In this document: positions 42,690-51,954 of the stretch, in pieces
Layout of the letters: each line of letters begins with the position of its first letter
Numbering within the stretch: position 1 is the stretch's first letter
Source of the DNA: Planctomycetota bacterium
Lineage (GTDB): Bacteria > Planctomycetota > GCA-002687715 > CAIWVZ01
Assembly (NCBI GenBank): GCA_044222185.1
Contig: JBGANV010000006.1
Location: 96,001 to 160,000, forward strand
Direction: 5' to 3'
DNA length: 64,000 bases
Translations under genes and position numbers: made by a program
The notes under the pieces: model-generated
What the model was told of the DNA's origin: nothing
Databases searched by the model: none
The model's input: only the letters and a program-made list of their open reading frames with translations

Positions 42690-45683
42690 ATGGACGCCTT
42701 GGACACCGGATGGGACGGGCTCGTCGATGCGGACCGCGCGCTGCGCGGGTTCGCGCGCCGGCTCGTCGCCGGAGCCGACGAGGACGTGGCCCAGGAGGCG
42801 TGGCTCGCCGCCGTGCGGCGCCCCGGTGGAGCCGAGGCCGCCCCGCGGAGCTGGCTTGCGGCCGTCGCCCGCAAGCTCGCGGCGCGATTTCATCGCGACC
42901 GCGCGCGACGCGCACGACGCGAGGAGGGCGCAGCGCGCCCCGAAGCGGCTCCCGCGGATGCCTTCGCGGCCAAGGAGCAGGCGCGGCGCCGCATCGTCGA
43001 CCTGGTGCTCGCGCTCCCCGAACCCCACCGGACCGCGATCGTCCTGCGTCACCTCGAGGGCCTGCCCCCGCGTGTGATCGCCGCGCGTCTCGGGGTCCCC
43101 GTCGAGACGGTCCGCACTCGCGTCCGCAAGGGGATCGACCTCCTGCGGGAGCGGATCGGCGTGAAGGGCGAGGAACCCTTCGCCACGGCCCTGTCGGCCT
43201 GGCTTCTGCCCGTTTCTGGCGCGTGGGCGATCGGCGATCACGTCGCGGCAACGGCCGCGATGGGCAAGGCGATGTTCGTGGCGGCGGCACCTTCGCTCGG
43301 AGGCCTCGCGATGACGGCGAAAACGAAGTTCGGGATCGCGGCGGCGATCGTGCTCGTGGCCATGGCGGTCGTGTGGTCCTGGCCGCCTCGCACCGACGGG
43401 CCATCCGGGGGACCTGTGGTCATGGAGCGGCTCGGCGCTTCTGCGGCAACGCCGAAGTTGCCCGACGTACGTGAGTCGCGCCCCGTGGCCAAAGACGCCC
43501 CGGTCACCGTCACGCCGTTCAAGGACGACACGCCGACGACCGTTCCGACGGTGGTGATGGCCGCGACGCTGCGCATTCGAGCGACGTGGGAGTCGGACAA
43601 GTCACCCGCCGCGGGCGTCGTCGTGCGTGTGCGGTACCTGGGTGCCGACTACGACCGCTACGGCGGCCCGACGGCCGTCCTCGACTCGGAGGGCGTCGCC
43701 ACGCTCGCCTCGCTGAAGCCTGGGAAGGTGGCGGTCGAAGCGGAACGCAACAACCGGTACGACCAGCGCGCGACCCTGGTCGCCGGGAGCACGTCCGAGG
43801 TGACGCTCGCCATTCCCAAGGGCCTCGGTGTGAAGGGCGTCGTGCTCTCCGCCAAGGGTGAGCCCGTCGCCGGCGCCGACATCTGGTGCGGGATCTACAA
43901 CCAGTTCGTCGGGCCGCCGTCCACGCGCTCGTCCGCCGACGGCACGTTCGCGCTCCGCGATCTCGGTCAATACGAGCGCATCGCCGCGCGGGCGCCGGGG
44001 CACGGACCGTCACGGACCCAGTGGTTCATCACCGAGGTGGCTGACGCGATCTCCGTCAAGCTCATCCTGGGGTCGGCCGGCGCCAGCGTGGCCGGACGTG
44101 TCGTCGGGGTGGACGGAGCCGGTGTCCCGGGGGCTACCGTCACGTTCGGGGTCTTTGCCTACCAGCAGCAACAAGACGCCGATCGGGGGACGACGGAGCC
44201 TCCGCCCGCGACGGTCGCCACGACGGATTCGGAGGGGGCGTTCAGGCTCGATTCGGTGACCCCTGGACCCAACCCGGTGCAAGTCACCAAGCCGGGCTTC
44301 GCCATGACGCGCGACGTCGTGGACGTGCGCGCGGACGACGTCGCGCAGCCGGTCCTCAGGCTCGTCAGTGGTGGTGCGATCGCGGGCTCGGTGCTGAAAC
44401 CCGACGGGACGCCCGCGGCGAAGGCACGCGTCGTCGTGGGACTGGAGCGCGAGGTGGAACTTTCGGCGCGGACCGACGAGTCGGGGCATTTCACCGTCGG
44501 GGACGTGCCCGCCGGCGTGGTGCCCATTCGCGTCGACGTCGAATCCGTGGGCCGTGCGACGGCGAAGGTCACCGTCGTCGCCGGGGCGACGGCGACGTGG
44601 GATGCCACGCTGGCCGTGGCGCCCACGATCAGGGGCCGTGTCGTGGACGAAGTGGGGAAGCCGTACCCGAAGGCGTGGATCGGCGCCGATCGGTTGGGTC
44701 CGGCGCTCGACGGTGAGGAGCATGCATTCGGCGGCACGGCCACGGCCGACGAGCAGGGAGTGTTCGAGGTCAAGGACCTCGCTCGCGCCAAGTTCCGGTT
44801 GCGCGTGATGGTCAAGGGTGATGACGACCGCTCGCGCGAAGCGGCGATCCGCGAGGTGAATGCGCCCGCGGCGGACGTCTCCATCGTCATTCCCCGGGCG
44901 GACGTTCCTTCGGCATACATCACGGCGACGGTCGTCGGACCCGATGGCGCGCCCGCGGCCGTCAACATGCTCGCCATGATCCCCGACTCGGGCGGGACGC
45001 CCTACGTGCCGAGTGATCCCACGACGGGTGTGATCAAGGCGGGGCCGCTGCGCGGGGGAACCTACACCGTTCAGTTCCTCGGTCGCGGGTTCGCGACGAT
45101 CGAGATCCCTCACGTGATCGTCGAGCCTCGGGGGACGGTGGATCTGGGCCGGATCGTGATGGTGGTCCCCGGAACGATCGTCGCGACCTGCGCGGGGTTG
45201 GGCCGATCCCAGAATCGAGACTCAGCGGTGGCGTACCCGGAGGGTTCGAACCCGGGCCCGCACCGGGAGTCGCTGACGTTCACGGACGGCGTCGCGCGTG
45301 CGTCCGTTGCCCCGGGACGGTGGCGCGTGGTTCTCGAAACGGACGCGGGATTCGCCGAAGACGTGATCGTCGACGTGGTCGCGGGCCAGGAGTCGAAGGC
45401 TGCGTTCGAGGTTCGGCCCGCCGCGCGCCTGCGTTTCGAGGTCAAGCCGGCGGCGTCGTCCGAACTGGACCGCGCGCAAGTGGAAGTGCTCGATTCGTCG
45501 GGGACGGTGCGGTTGCGCCGGCCGCTCTGGCGCCCGGCTGGCGAGCCGTTCAACTGGTTCACCCGGCTGCTTCCCGGTCACTACGTCGTCCGCTTCACGG
45601 CCGCCGACAAGACGCACGCCGAACGCGAGATCGACGTGGGAACTCGCGACGTGAACGACCCGATCACGGTCGAGCTTCATTGA
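42690..45683 (+). CDS. ECF sigma factor fused to a TM helix and extracytoplasmic carboxypeptidase-regulatory-like repeats
   Basis: Region 2 EDVAQEAWLAA..WL; region 4 LPEPHRTAIVLRHLEGL..IAARLGVPVETVRTR; TM FGIAAAIVLVAMAVVW; G.V....G.PV.GA.V repeats. Confidence 0.9.
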   Translation: MDALDTGWDGLVDADRALRGFARRLVAGADEDVAQEAWLAAVRRPGGAEAAPRSWLAAVARKLAARFHRDRARRARREEGAARPEAAPADAFAAKEQARRRIVDLVLALPEPHRTAIVLRHLEGLPPRVIAARLGVPVETVRTRVRKGIDLLRERIGVKGEEPFATALSAWLLPVSGAWAIGDHVAATAAMGKAMFVAAAPSLGGLAMTAKTKFGIAAAIVLVAMAVVWSWPPRTDGPSGGPVVMERLGASAATPKLPDVRESRPVAKDAPVTVTPFKDDTPTTVPTVVMAATLRIRATWESDKSPAAGVVVRVRYLGADYDRYGGPTAVLDSEGVATLASLKPGKVAVEAERNNRYDQRATLVAGSTSEVTLAIPKGLGVKGVVLSAKGEPVAGADIWCGIYNQFVGPPSTRSSADGTFALRDLGQYERIAARAPGHGPSRTQWFITEVADAISVKLILGSAGASVAGRVVGVDGAGVPGATVTFGVFAYQQQQDADRGTTEPPPATVATTDSEGAFRLDSVTPGPNPVQVTKPGFAMTRDVVDVRADDVAQPVLRLVSGGAIAGSVLKPDGTPAAKARVVVGLEREVELSARTDESGHFTVGDVPAGVVPIRVDVESVGRATAKVTVVAGATATWDATLAVAPTIRGRVVDEVGKPYPKAWIGADRLGPALDGEEHAFGGTATADEQGVFEVKDLARAKFRLRVMVKGDDDRSREAAIREVNAPAADVSIVIPRADVPSAYITATVVGPDGAPAAVNMLAMIPDSGGTPYVPSDPTTGVIKAGPLRGGTYTVQFLGRGFATIEIPHVIVEPRGTVDLGRIVMVVPGTIVATCAGLGRSQNRDSAVAYPEGSNPGPHRESLTFTDGVARASVAPGRWRVVLETDAGFAEDVIVDVVAGQESKAAFEVRPAARLRFEVKPAASSELDRAQVEVLDSSGTVRLRRPLWRPAGEPFNWFTRLLPGHYVVRFTAADKTHAEREIDVGTRDVNDPITVELH

Positions 45684-45795
45684 ACCCGGGACGCCGCGTT
45701 TCACGTCGGCGGCTGACGGAGCGCCGCGCGGCCGGGCTTCGCCGGACCACGCTGCATGCGGCTGGACTCGAGAATCCGGCTACGCTGTGCTGCTC

Positions 45796-46131
45796 ATGAG
45801 CACGGGAACGTTCACACGGGATCGGCACATCGGGCTCGGCATCGTGCTGATCCTGATCTCGCTCTCCGGCGTGCTCGTCCCGTTCGTTGCAGTCGGGCTC
45901 GGATGGGGGAGCGCCGCGTATCTGTTCTACGTCGGCCCATTCGTCGGCGGCGTTCTCGGGCTCTGCTGTGCGCGGGTCGTGCTCGGGGATCGCGTCTGCG
46001 AGACGAACGTCCACCTTCGCCGGCTGGCCATCGTGGCGGGGTGGATCGGCGTGCTCCTCGCCGCGGCGAACGTCGGGCTGTTCGTGTTTCTGGATCAGGG
46101 GGCGGGCCGATCGGCCCGGCTGTCTAAATGA
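45796..46131 (+). CDS. Small membrane protein (3 TM)
   Basis: Three hydrophobic segments; its stop overlaps the displaced sucA 3' end copy. Confidence 0.55.
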   Translation: MSTGTFTRDRHIGLGIVLILISLSGVLVPFVAVGLGWGSAAYLFYVGPFVGGVLGLCCARVVLGDRVCETNVHLRRLAIVAGWIGVLLAAANVGLFVFLDQGAGRSARLSK

Positions 46132-46179
46132 ACGCCCGCTTCATCAGGTCCGCCTGTTCGACTTGATGCATGCGGAGCG
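46124..46179 (-). repeat. Displaced duplicate of the sucA/kgd 3' end (direct repeat with 47513-47568)
   Basis: 49/56 nt identical to 47513-47568; translates LRMHQVEQADLMKRAFI* versus LRMHQAEQADLVRRAFG*. Confidence 0.9.
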
Positions 46180-46303
46180 CCCCATTCACGCGACCGGATG
46201 GCAGGGATCCACGCTGCCGACGTCGGCTGCTTGCGGCGATCGATTCAGGATCCACTGGCGTTGTGCGCCATCGGACGCGTGACGGCCCTTTGCCCCGAGC
46301 GCA

Positions 46304-46340
46304 CCTTGAGAATTCAACACCACGTGATGGAATTTCAAGG
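46304..46340. promoter_or_regulatory. Imperfect palindrome (operator-like) upstream of the ATPase gene
   Basis: CCTTGAGAATTCAACAC-CAC-GTGATGGAATTTCAAGG; 13/17 arm positions complementary; AT-rich island. Confidence 0.55.
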
Positions 46341-46346
46341 CAAGCC

Positions 46347-47516
46347 ACGATCCCACGCGACCACGACAAACGACGCATCGTCGCACGTCTCGAGCAGTTC
46401 CCGGCCGTCGCCATCCCCGGGGCGCGGCAGGTCGGCAAGACCACGCTCGCTGGGGAGGTCGCCGCAGGCCGGAACGGACCGACGACGTTCTTCGATCTCG
46501 AGGATCCCGAAGACCTGGCGCAGCCGTCGGATCCTTCCGTCGCGTTCCGGTCGATGAAAGGCCTCATCGTCCTGGATGAGATCCAGCGCCTGCCGGAGAT
46601 CTTCACTCTCCTACGGGTGCTGGCCGATCGCAGCCGGAGGCCCGCTCGTTTTCTCTTGATGGGGAGCGCTTCGCCACGACGGCTCAGGCAGGCTTCCGAA
46701 TCACTCGCAGGCCGGATCGCGTACCACGAGCTGGGAGGTCTCTCGCTCGAGGACGCGGGCGCGGACGACGCGGAGCGACTCTGGCTTCGCGGCGGATTCC
46801 CTCGGGCGTTTCTTGCCGCGAGCGAGGGCGCGCGCGAGACGTGGGTGCGCAGCTTCATCACGGACCTGATCGAGCGCGACATCCCGCAGCTCGGCATCTC
46901 ATTGCCAGCGGCGACGGTGCGGCGATTCTGGACGATGCTGGCGCACTACCATGGCCAGACGTGGAACGGTTCGGAGATCGGTCGCGCGTTTGGAGCGTCG
47001 GACATGACCGTGCGCCGCTACCTGGACACACTGACGGCGACGCTCCTCGTCAAACAGCTCCAGCCGTGGCACGAAAATCTCGGGAAACGACAGGTCAAGG
47101 CGCCGAAGGTCTACGTTTCGGATTCGGGCCTGCTTCATGCACTCCTTGGAACCTGGACCCGAAGCGACCTGCTCGATCACCCCAAACGCGGGGCCTCGTT
47201 CGAGGGATTCGTGATCGAGCAGGTCATCCGCTTGCTCGACGCTCAGGGCGACGAGTGCTTCTTCTGGGGCACCCACGGGGGCGCGGAGCTCGATCTGCTC
47301 ATCGTTCGCGGCCAGCGCCGATGGGGATTCGAGGTGAAGCACACGAGCGCGCCGTCGATCACGCCGTCCATGCGCAACGCGATGAACGATCTCTCCCTCA
47401 CCAGCCTGAGCGTGGTTCATGCTGGTGAGAGGTCGTTCGATCTATCGTCGAAGATCCGTGCGGTCTCTTTCTCGCACCTGGCCTCGGAACTGGGATCGCG
47501 CCGGCGCTCGCGCTAA
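46347..47516 (+). CDS. AAA_14-type ATPase with DUF4143 / C-terminal PD-(D/E)XK-like nuclease motif
   Basis: Walker A GARQVGKTT, Walker B LDEIQ, GSAS, ESLAGRI, RGGFP, KRQVKAPKVY..DSGL, ELDLL..FEVK. The expected start codon position reads ACG (46347); start uncertain. Confidence 0.9.
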   Translation, partial: TIPRDHDKRRIVARLEQFPAVAIPGARQVGKTTLAGEVAAGRNGPTTFFDLEDPEDLAQPSDPSVAFRSMKGLIVLDEIQRLPEIFTLLRVLADRSRRPARFLLMGSASPRRLRQASESLAGRIAYHELGGLSLEDAGADDAERLWLRGGFPRAFLAASEGARETWVRSFITDLIERDIPQLGISLPAATVRRFWTMLAHYHGQTWNGSEIGRAFGASDMTVRRYLDTLTATLLVKQLQPWHENLGKRQVKAPKVYVSDSGLLHALLGTWTRSDLLDHPKRGASFEGFVIEQVIRLLDAQGDECFFWGTHGGAELDLLIVRGQRRWGFEVKHTSAPSITPSMRNAMNDLSLTSLSVVHAGERSFDLSSKIRAVSFSHLASELGSRRRSR

Positions 47517-50500
47517 CCGAACGCTCTCCTCACCAGGTCCGCCTGTTCGGCTTGATGCATGCGGAGCGAGCCCGTCGCAGGCGACGAGGACGCGGCGCGG
47601 CCGACGTAGCGCGCCTTCATCCCGAGGTCCTGGAACTGGGGCAGCATGAAGCTCCATGCCCCCATGTTCTTCGGCTCCTCCTGGACCCAGGCGAGGTTCT
47701 TGAATCCCTTCAAGTAGCGGGCGACCGCGTCCTGCAACGCCCGCCGTGGCAGCGGGTAGAGCTGCTCCAGCCGGATGATCGCCGTGTCCTTGATCGCGTT
47801 CTGGACTCGCCACTCATCCAGGTCGAAGTAGACCTTGCCGGAACAGATGAGCACCCGGGTGACGAGCGCCGGATCGGCGCCGTCGTCGATCACGGGCCGG
47901 AAGGCGCCCGTCGTGAACTCGGCGGAAGTCGACCCGGCCTCCTTCTTCTTCAGGAGACTCTTGGGCGTCATGACGATCAGCGGACGCTTCGTCGCAAGCT
48001 TCGCCTGCCGCCGGAGCAGGTGGAAGTACTGGGCGGCCGTCGTGCAGTTCGCGACGGTCATGTTGCCCGTGGCGCAGAGCTGGAGGAATCGCTCGACGCG
48101 ACCGCTCGAGTGCTCGGGCCCCTGGCCGTCGTATCCGTGGGGGAGGAGCATCACGACGCCGCTCGTCTGGTTCCACTTCGCCTCGGAGGCGGCGAGGAAC
48201 TGATCGATCTGGATCTGCGCGCCGTTGCAGAAGTCGCCGAACTGCGCCTCCCAGAGAACGAGTGATTGGGGACGCGCGAGCGCGAAGCCGAACTCGAATC
48301 CCAATCCCGCTTCTTCCGACAGGAGGCTGTCGACGACCTCGAATCGCGCCTGACCTTCGGACACGTGGTTGAGCGGGATCCAGTCCTTCTCGTCCGCCTG
48401 ATCACGGACGACGGAGTGTCGCTGGGAGAACGTGCCTCGACCCGAGTCCTGCCCGGCGAGGCGGATCGGCGTGCCCTCCGCCAGCAGGGATCCGAACGCG
48501 AGCGCCTCGCCGCAGCCCCAGTCGATGGGCAATTCGCCGTGGAGCATGTCCACGCGACGCTTGAGCTGGCGCGCGAGGTTGGGATGGACGTGATGACCCT
48601 CGGGCGGCTGCGTCGCGACCGTGAGGATGCGTTCGAGCGTCTCGCGGGCGACGCCGGTTTCCTGCGAAGGCTCGTCCTGGAAGTCGCGCGGGTCCTCGGC
48701 CGGCGGTCGGATCGCGAGTGCCTCCGGCTCCGGCGCCGCCGGCAGGGCGCGGAACTGCTCGAGCGCGAGGCGGAGCTGTTCCGCGTAGGCATCGACCGAC
48801 GCCTGTCGTTCGGCCTCGGTCATCTGCTTGCGCTGCACCAGCAGGCGGCCATAGCGATCGCGCACGGAGATCTGCCGCGCGATCTTCTGGTACATCAGCG
48901 GCTGCGTGTAGGCCGGCTCGTCCGTCTCGTTATGGCCATGCCGCCGATAGCAGACCATGTCGACGACCACGTCACCGGCGAACTGCTCTCGGTAGTCGAA
49001 CGCGACGCGGATCGCCCGCAGACAGGACTCGGGGTAATCGCCGTTCACGTGGAGGATCGGCGCCCCGATGCTCTTCGCCATGTCGGTGCAGTAGTAGGTC
49101 GAGCGCGTGGACTTGGGGCCCGCCGTGTATCCGATCTGGTTGTTGATGACGATGTGCACGGTTCCGCCGGTGCGATATCCGGCGAGCTGGGACATGTTGA
49201 GCGTTTCGGCGACGACACCCTGCCCCGCGAAGGCCGCGTCGCCGTGGATCAGGATCGGCAGCACGGCGCGGCGATCGTCCGCGGGACCGTCCTCCTGCTT
49301 CGCGCGAGCCAGCCCTTCGACGACCGGGTTCACGGCCTCCAGGTGACTCGGGTTCGAGGCCAGCGTGATCGGCAGGCGCCTGCCCTCCGGCGTGATGTGT
49401 TCGCCGTCGGCGCCGAGGTGGTACTTGACGTCACCCGACCCTTGCACCGTGCTCGGATCCACCAGTCCTTCGAACTCGGAGAAGACCTTGCCGTAGGACT
49501 TGTTGAACGTGTTCACGAGGACGTTCAGTCGCCCGCGGTGCGCCATGCCGATCACCGCGTGCTTCGCCTCGCGCGTCGTCGCGCGGTTGAGCAGCTCGTC
49601 CAACATGGGGATGAGCGTCTCGGCGCCCTCGAGCGAGAACCGCTTGTGTCCGAGGTACCGCGTGTGGAGGAACTTCTCGAAGGCCTCGGCGGCGTTCAGC
49701 TTCTCGAGGATCCGGCGCTGCTCTTTCGGCGCGAACGGCTCCAGGTTGCGCGTGGGCTCCATGCGCTGCTGGAGCCACGCCTTCTTCTTCGGATCCGAGA
49801 TGTGCATGTACTCGACGCCGATGCGGCGGGAGTACGTGTCGAGCAGGATCTCCAGGATCTCGCGGAGCGTCGCCATGGGCTTGCCGCCCAGGCCGCCGGT
49901 CATGAACACCCGGTCGAGGTCGAAGACCGTGAGGCCGTACGTCGCGAGGTCGAGTTCGGGATGGAACTCGGGTTTGAACTCGAGAGGATCGAGGTCGGCG
50001 ATGCGGCAGCCGCGGACGCGATAGGCATTGATGAGCTGGAGGACGCGGGCCTGCTTCTCGATCACCTCGAGGGACGGCGCGCCGCCGCCGGCGAGCATCG
50101 CGTTGCGATCCTGCGCCCGCTTCCACGGCGTGTGCGGGCAGTCGAGCGACTCGAAGATCTCCTCGTAGAAGGCGTCCTTGCCCTGCAGCAGTTCGTCGAT
50201 GCGGTGGAGCAGCAGACCCGATTCCGCACCTTGGATGATGCGATGGTCGTACGTGCTCGTCATCGTCATCACCTTGCTGATGCCGAGCTGCGTGAGCATC
50301 TCGCTCGATGCGGATTGGTACTCGGCGGGGTACGCGATCGCGCCCGTGGCGACGATGAGGCCCTGTCCCGGCATGAGACGCGGGACCGAAGCCACCGTGC
50401 CGATCGTCCCCGGGTTCGTCAGCGTGATCGTCGTGCCCTGGAAGTCGTCGGGCGTGAGCTTGCCGAGTCGCGCGCGATCGACGGCGTCGCCGTAAGCGGC

Positions 50501-51118
50501 GAGGAACTGATCGAAGCCCATGGCGCCGGCGTTCTTCAGGTTCGGCACGACGAGCGTGCGCGTGCCGTTCTTGCCTTCGAGGTCGATGGCGAGACCGAGG
50601 TTGATCGCCTCCCTGCGGATGCGGATGGGCTGATCGCCGTCCTGCGTGAAGGCCGCGTTCAGCTGCGGCATCTCGCGCACCGCACGCACGATGGCGAACG
50701 CGATGAAGTGCGTGAAGGAGGCCTTGGGACGTCCCGCCACGTTCAGGTGGCGGTTCAGGATGTTGCGATTCTCGTCCAGGAGTCGCACGGATAGCGAGCG
50801 GACCGACGTCGCCGTGGGGATTCCCAGGCTGTCTTCCATGTTCCGGACGATCTTCGCGGCGACGCCGCGCAGCGGTTCGTGATCGGCGGGCCGTGCGCCA
50901 GGCTCGGCGCCATCCGCCGTCGCCGGCGCTGCGATCGACGCGACGGCGGCCGGTCGCGCCGCGTGATCGCGCGCCCGTTCCGGGGCGATCCGCTCGAAGT
51001 ACGTCCTCCAGTCCTCGGCGACGTTCGTCGGTTCATCGGACCAGCGCGCGAAGAGATCGTCGACGTAGGCGGCATTCGCCCCGAACTCGGGCGAAAAATC
51101 TGGATGGCTCGACTGCAT
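47513..51118 (-). CDS. sucA: Multifunctional 2-oxoglutarate dehydrogenase E1 with fused E2-like acyltransferase domain (kgd type)
   Basis: TYDHRIIQG (E2 catalytic), KRFSLEG, GMAHRGRLNVL, SHLEAV, HGDAAFAGQG, WEAQFGDF, GQGPEHSS. Confidence 0.97.
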   Translation of the reverse strand: MQSSHPDFSPEFGANAAYVDDLFARWSDEPTNVAEDWRTYFERIAPERARDHAARPAAVASIAAPATADGAEPGARPADHEPLRGVAAKIVRNMEDSLGIPTATSVRSLSVRLLDENRNILNRHLNVAGRPKASFTHFIAFAIVRAVREMPQLNAAFTQDGDQPIRIRREAINLGLAIDLEGKNGTRTLVVPNLKNAGAMGFDQFLAAYGDAVDRARLGKLTPDDFQGTTITLTNPGTIGTVASVPRLMPGQGLIVATGAIAYPAEYQSASSEMLTQLGISKVMTMTSTYDHRIIQGAESGLLLHRIDELLQGKDAFYEEIFESLDCPHTPWKRAQDRNAMLAGGGAPSLEVIEKQARVLQLINAYRVRGCRIADLDPLEFKPEFHPELDLATYGLTVFDLDRVFMTGGLGGKPMATLREILEILLDTYSRRIGVEYMHISDPKKKAWLQQRMEPTRNLEPFAPKEQRRILEKLNAAEAFEKFLHTRYLGHKRFSLEGAETLIPMLDELLNRATTREAKHAVIGMAHRGRLNVLVNTFNKSYGKVFSEFEGLVDPSTVQGSGDVKYHLGADGEHITPEGRRLPITLASNPSHLEAVNPVVEGLARAKQEDGPADDRRAVLPILIHGDAAFAGQGVVAETLNMSQLAGYRTGGTVHIVINNQIGYTAGPKSTRSTYYCTDMAKSIGAPILHVNGDYPESCLRAIRVAFDYREQFAGDVVVDMVCYRRHGHNETDEPAYTQPLMYQKIARQISVRDRYGRLLVQRKQMTEAERQASVDAYAEQLRLALEQFRALPAAPEPEALAIRPPAEDPRDFQDEPSQETGVARETLERILTVATQPPEGHHVHPNLARQLKRRVDMLHGELPIDWGCGEALAFGSLLAEGTPIRLAGQDSGRGTFSQRHSVVRDQADEKDWIPLNHVSEGQARFEVVDSLLSEEAGLGFEFGFALARPQSLVLWEAQFGDFCNGAQIQIDQFLAASEAKWNQTSGVVMLLPHGYDGQGPEHSSGRVERFLQLCATGNMTVANCTTAAQYFHLLRRQAKLATKRPLIVMTPKSLLKKKEAGSTSAEFTTGAFRPVIDDGADPALVTRVLICSGKVYFDLDEWRVQNAIKDTAIIRLEQLYPLPRRALQDAVARYLKGFKNLAWVQEEPKNMGAWSFMLPQFQDLGMKARYVGRAASSSPATGSLRMHQAEQADLVRRAFG

Positions 51119-51201
51119 GGCCGACGGTCTTAGCAATCGACCGCAGAGGGTGGGAGAGGCCCGCGGGTGCGTGGTGGCACGATGCGGGTAATGTGGTCGC
51201 C

Positions 51202-51933
51202 ATGGCCAGACAGCTTCGGTCGCGGAGTGGATTTCACCTGTGGCTTTTCATCGGCAGCGTGTGCCTTTTTGGTTGCACGTCGTCGGACGGCGGGCCCACG
51301 ACGCGCCCCGCGAGCGTTCGTCCCGGGATCAACGACCCCTATCGGAGCGACCCGATCGCCGATCACTGGGTTGCGAAGTTCGAGATCGAAAGCCGCGAGG
51401 TGTATGCGCAGCGAGCGCGGATCGCGGCGGAGTGCGGCGTGACTCAGGGGATGCACGTCGCCGACGTCGGAGCGGGGACGGGCATCCTCACGCGCGAATT
51501 CGCCGGACTCGTCGGCCCATCGGGCCAGGTCTTCGCCGTCGATCTGATGCCGTCGTTCGTCGAGCACATCGCGGCGCGCGTGAAGGCCGACGGGATGACC
51601 AACGTCACGACCGTGCTGTGCAAGGAAGACTCCGTCGAGCTGCCGGACGCCAGCATCGATCTGGCGTTCGTGTGCGACACCTACCACCACTTCGAGTACC
51701 CGGCATCGACGCTCGCTTCGATCCATCGCGCGCTGCGCCCCGGCGGACGGCTCGTCGTCGTGGACTTCATCCGGATCCCGGGCAGGACTCCCCAATGGGT
51801 CCTCGATCACGTGCGCGCGGGGGAAGAGGTGTTCACCGCCGAGATCGTCGCCGCCGGCTTCGACGTCATCGGCGCGAAGCGTTGGATGAACGACAACTAC
51901 TTCGTCGAATTCCGTCGTCGTGAGACGCCTTGA
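51202..51933 (+). CDS. Class I SAM-dependent methyltransferase with N-terminal lipoprotein-like signal
   Basis: VADVGAGTG motif I, VFAVD, DTYHHF, ALRPGGRLVVVDF; N-terminal ..VCLFGC. Confidence 0.88.
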   Translation: MARQLRSRSGFHLWLFIGSVCLFGCTSSDGGPTTRPASVRPGINDPYRSDPIADHWVAKFEIESREVYAQRARIAAECGVTQGMHVADVGAGTGILTREFAGLVGPSGQVFAVDLMPSFVEHIAARVKADGMTNVTTVLCKEDSVELPDASIDLAFVCDTYHHFEYPASTLASIHRALRPGGRLVVVDFIRIPGRTPQWVLDHVRAGEEVFTAEIVAAGFDVIGAKRWMNDNYFVEFRRRETP

Positions 51934-51954
51934 CTCGTCGCACGATCGCCGTGC

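Noticed and set aside
42537-43241. N-terminal extension of the 41373 glycosyltransferase to 622 aa
   Set aside because: It overlaps the ECF gene antisense, and homology starts at PPLVAHIVY near 42520.
2860-50794. Long antisense or alternate-frame ORFs (for example 2860-5154, 8468-10573, 33423-35387, 48266-50794, and the 5' parts of 22639-24477 and 23703-26165)
   Set aside because: Shadow ORFs expected from high GC3 codon bias opposite or overlapping well-supported genes; no recognisable motifs.
47513-51118. E1-E2 fusion in sucA as a novelty
   Set aside because: This is the known kgd/OdhA-type architecture.
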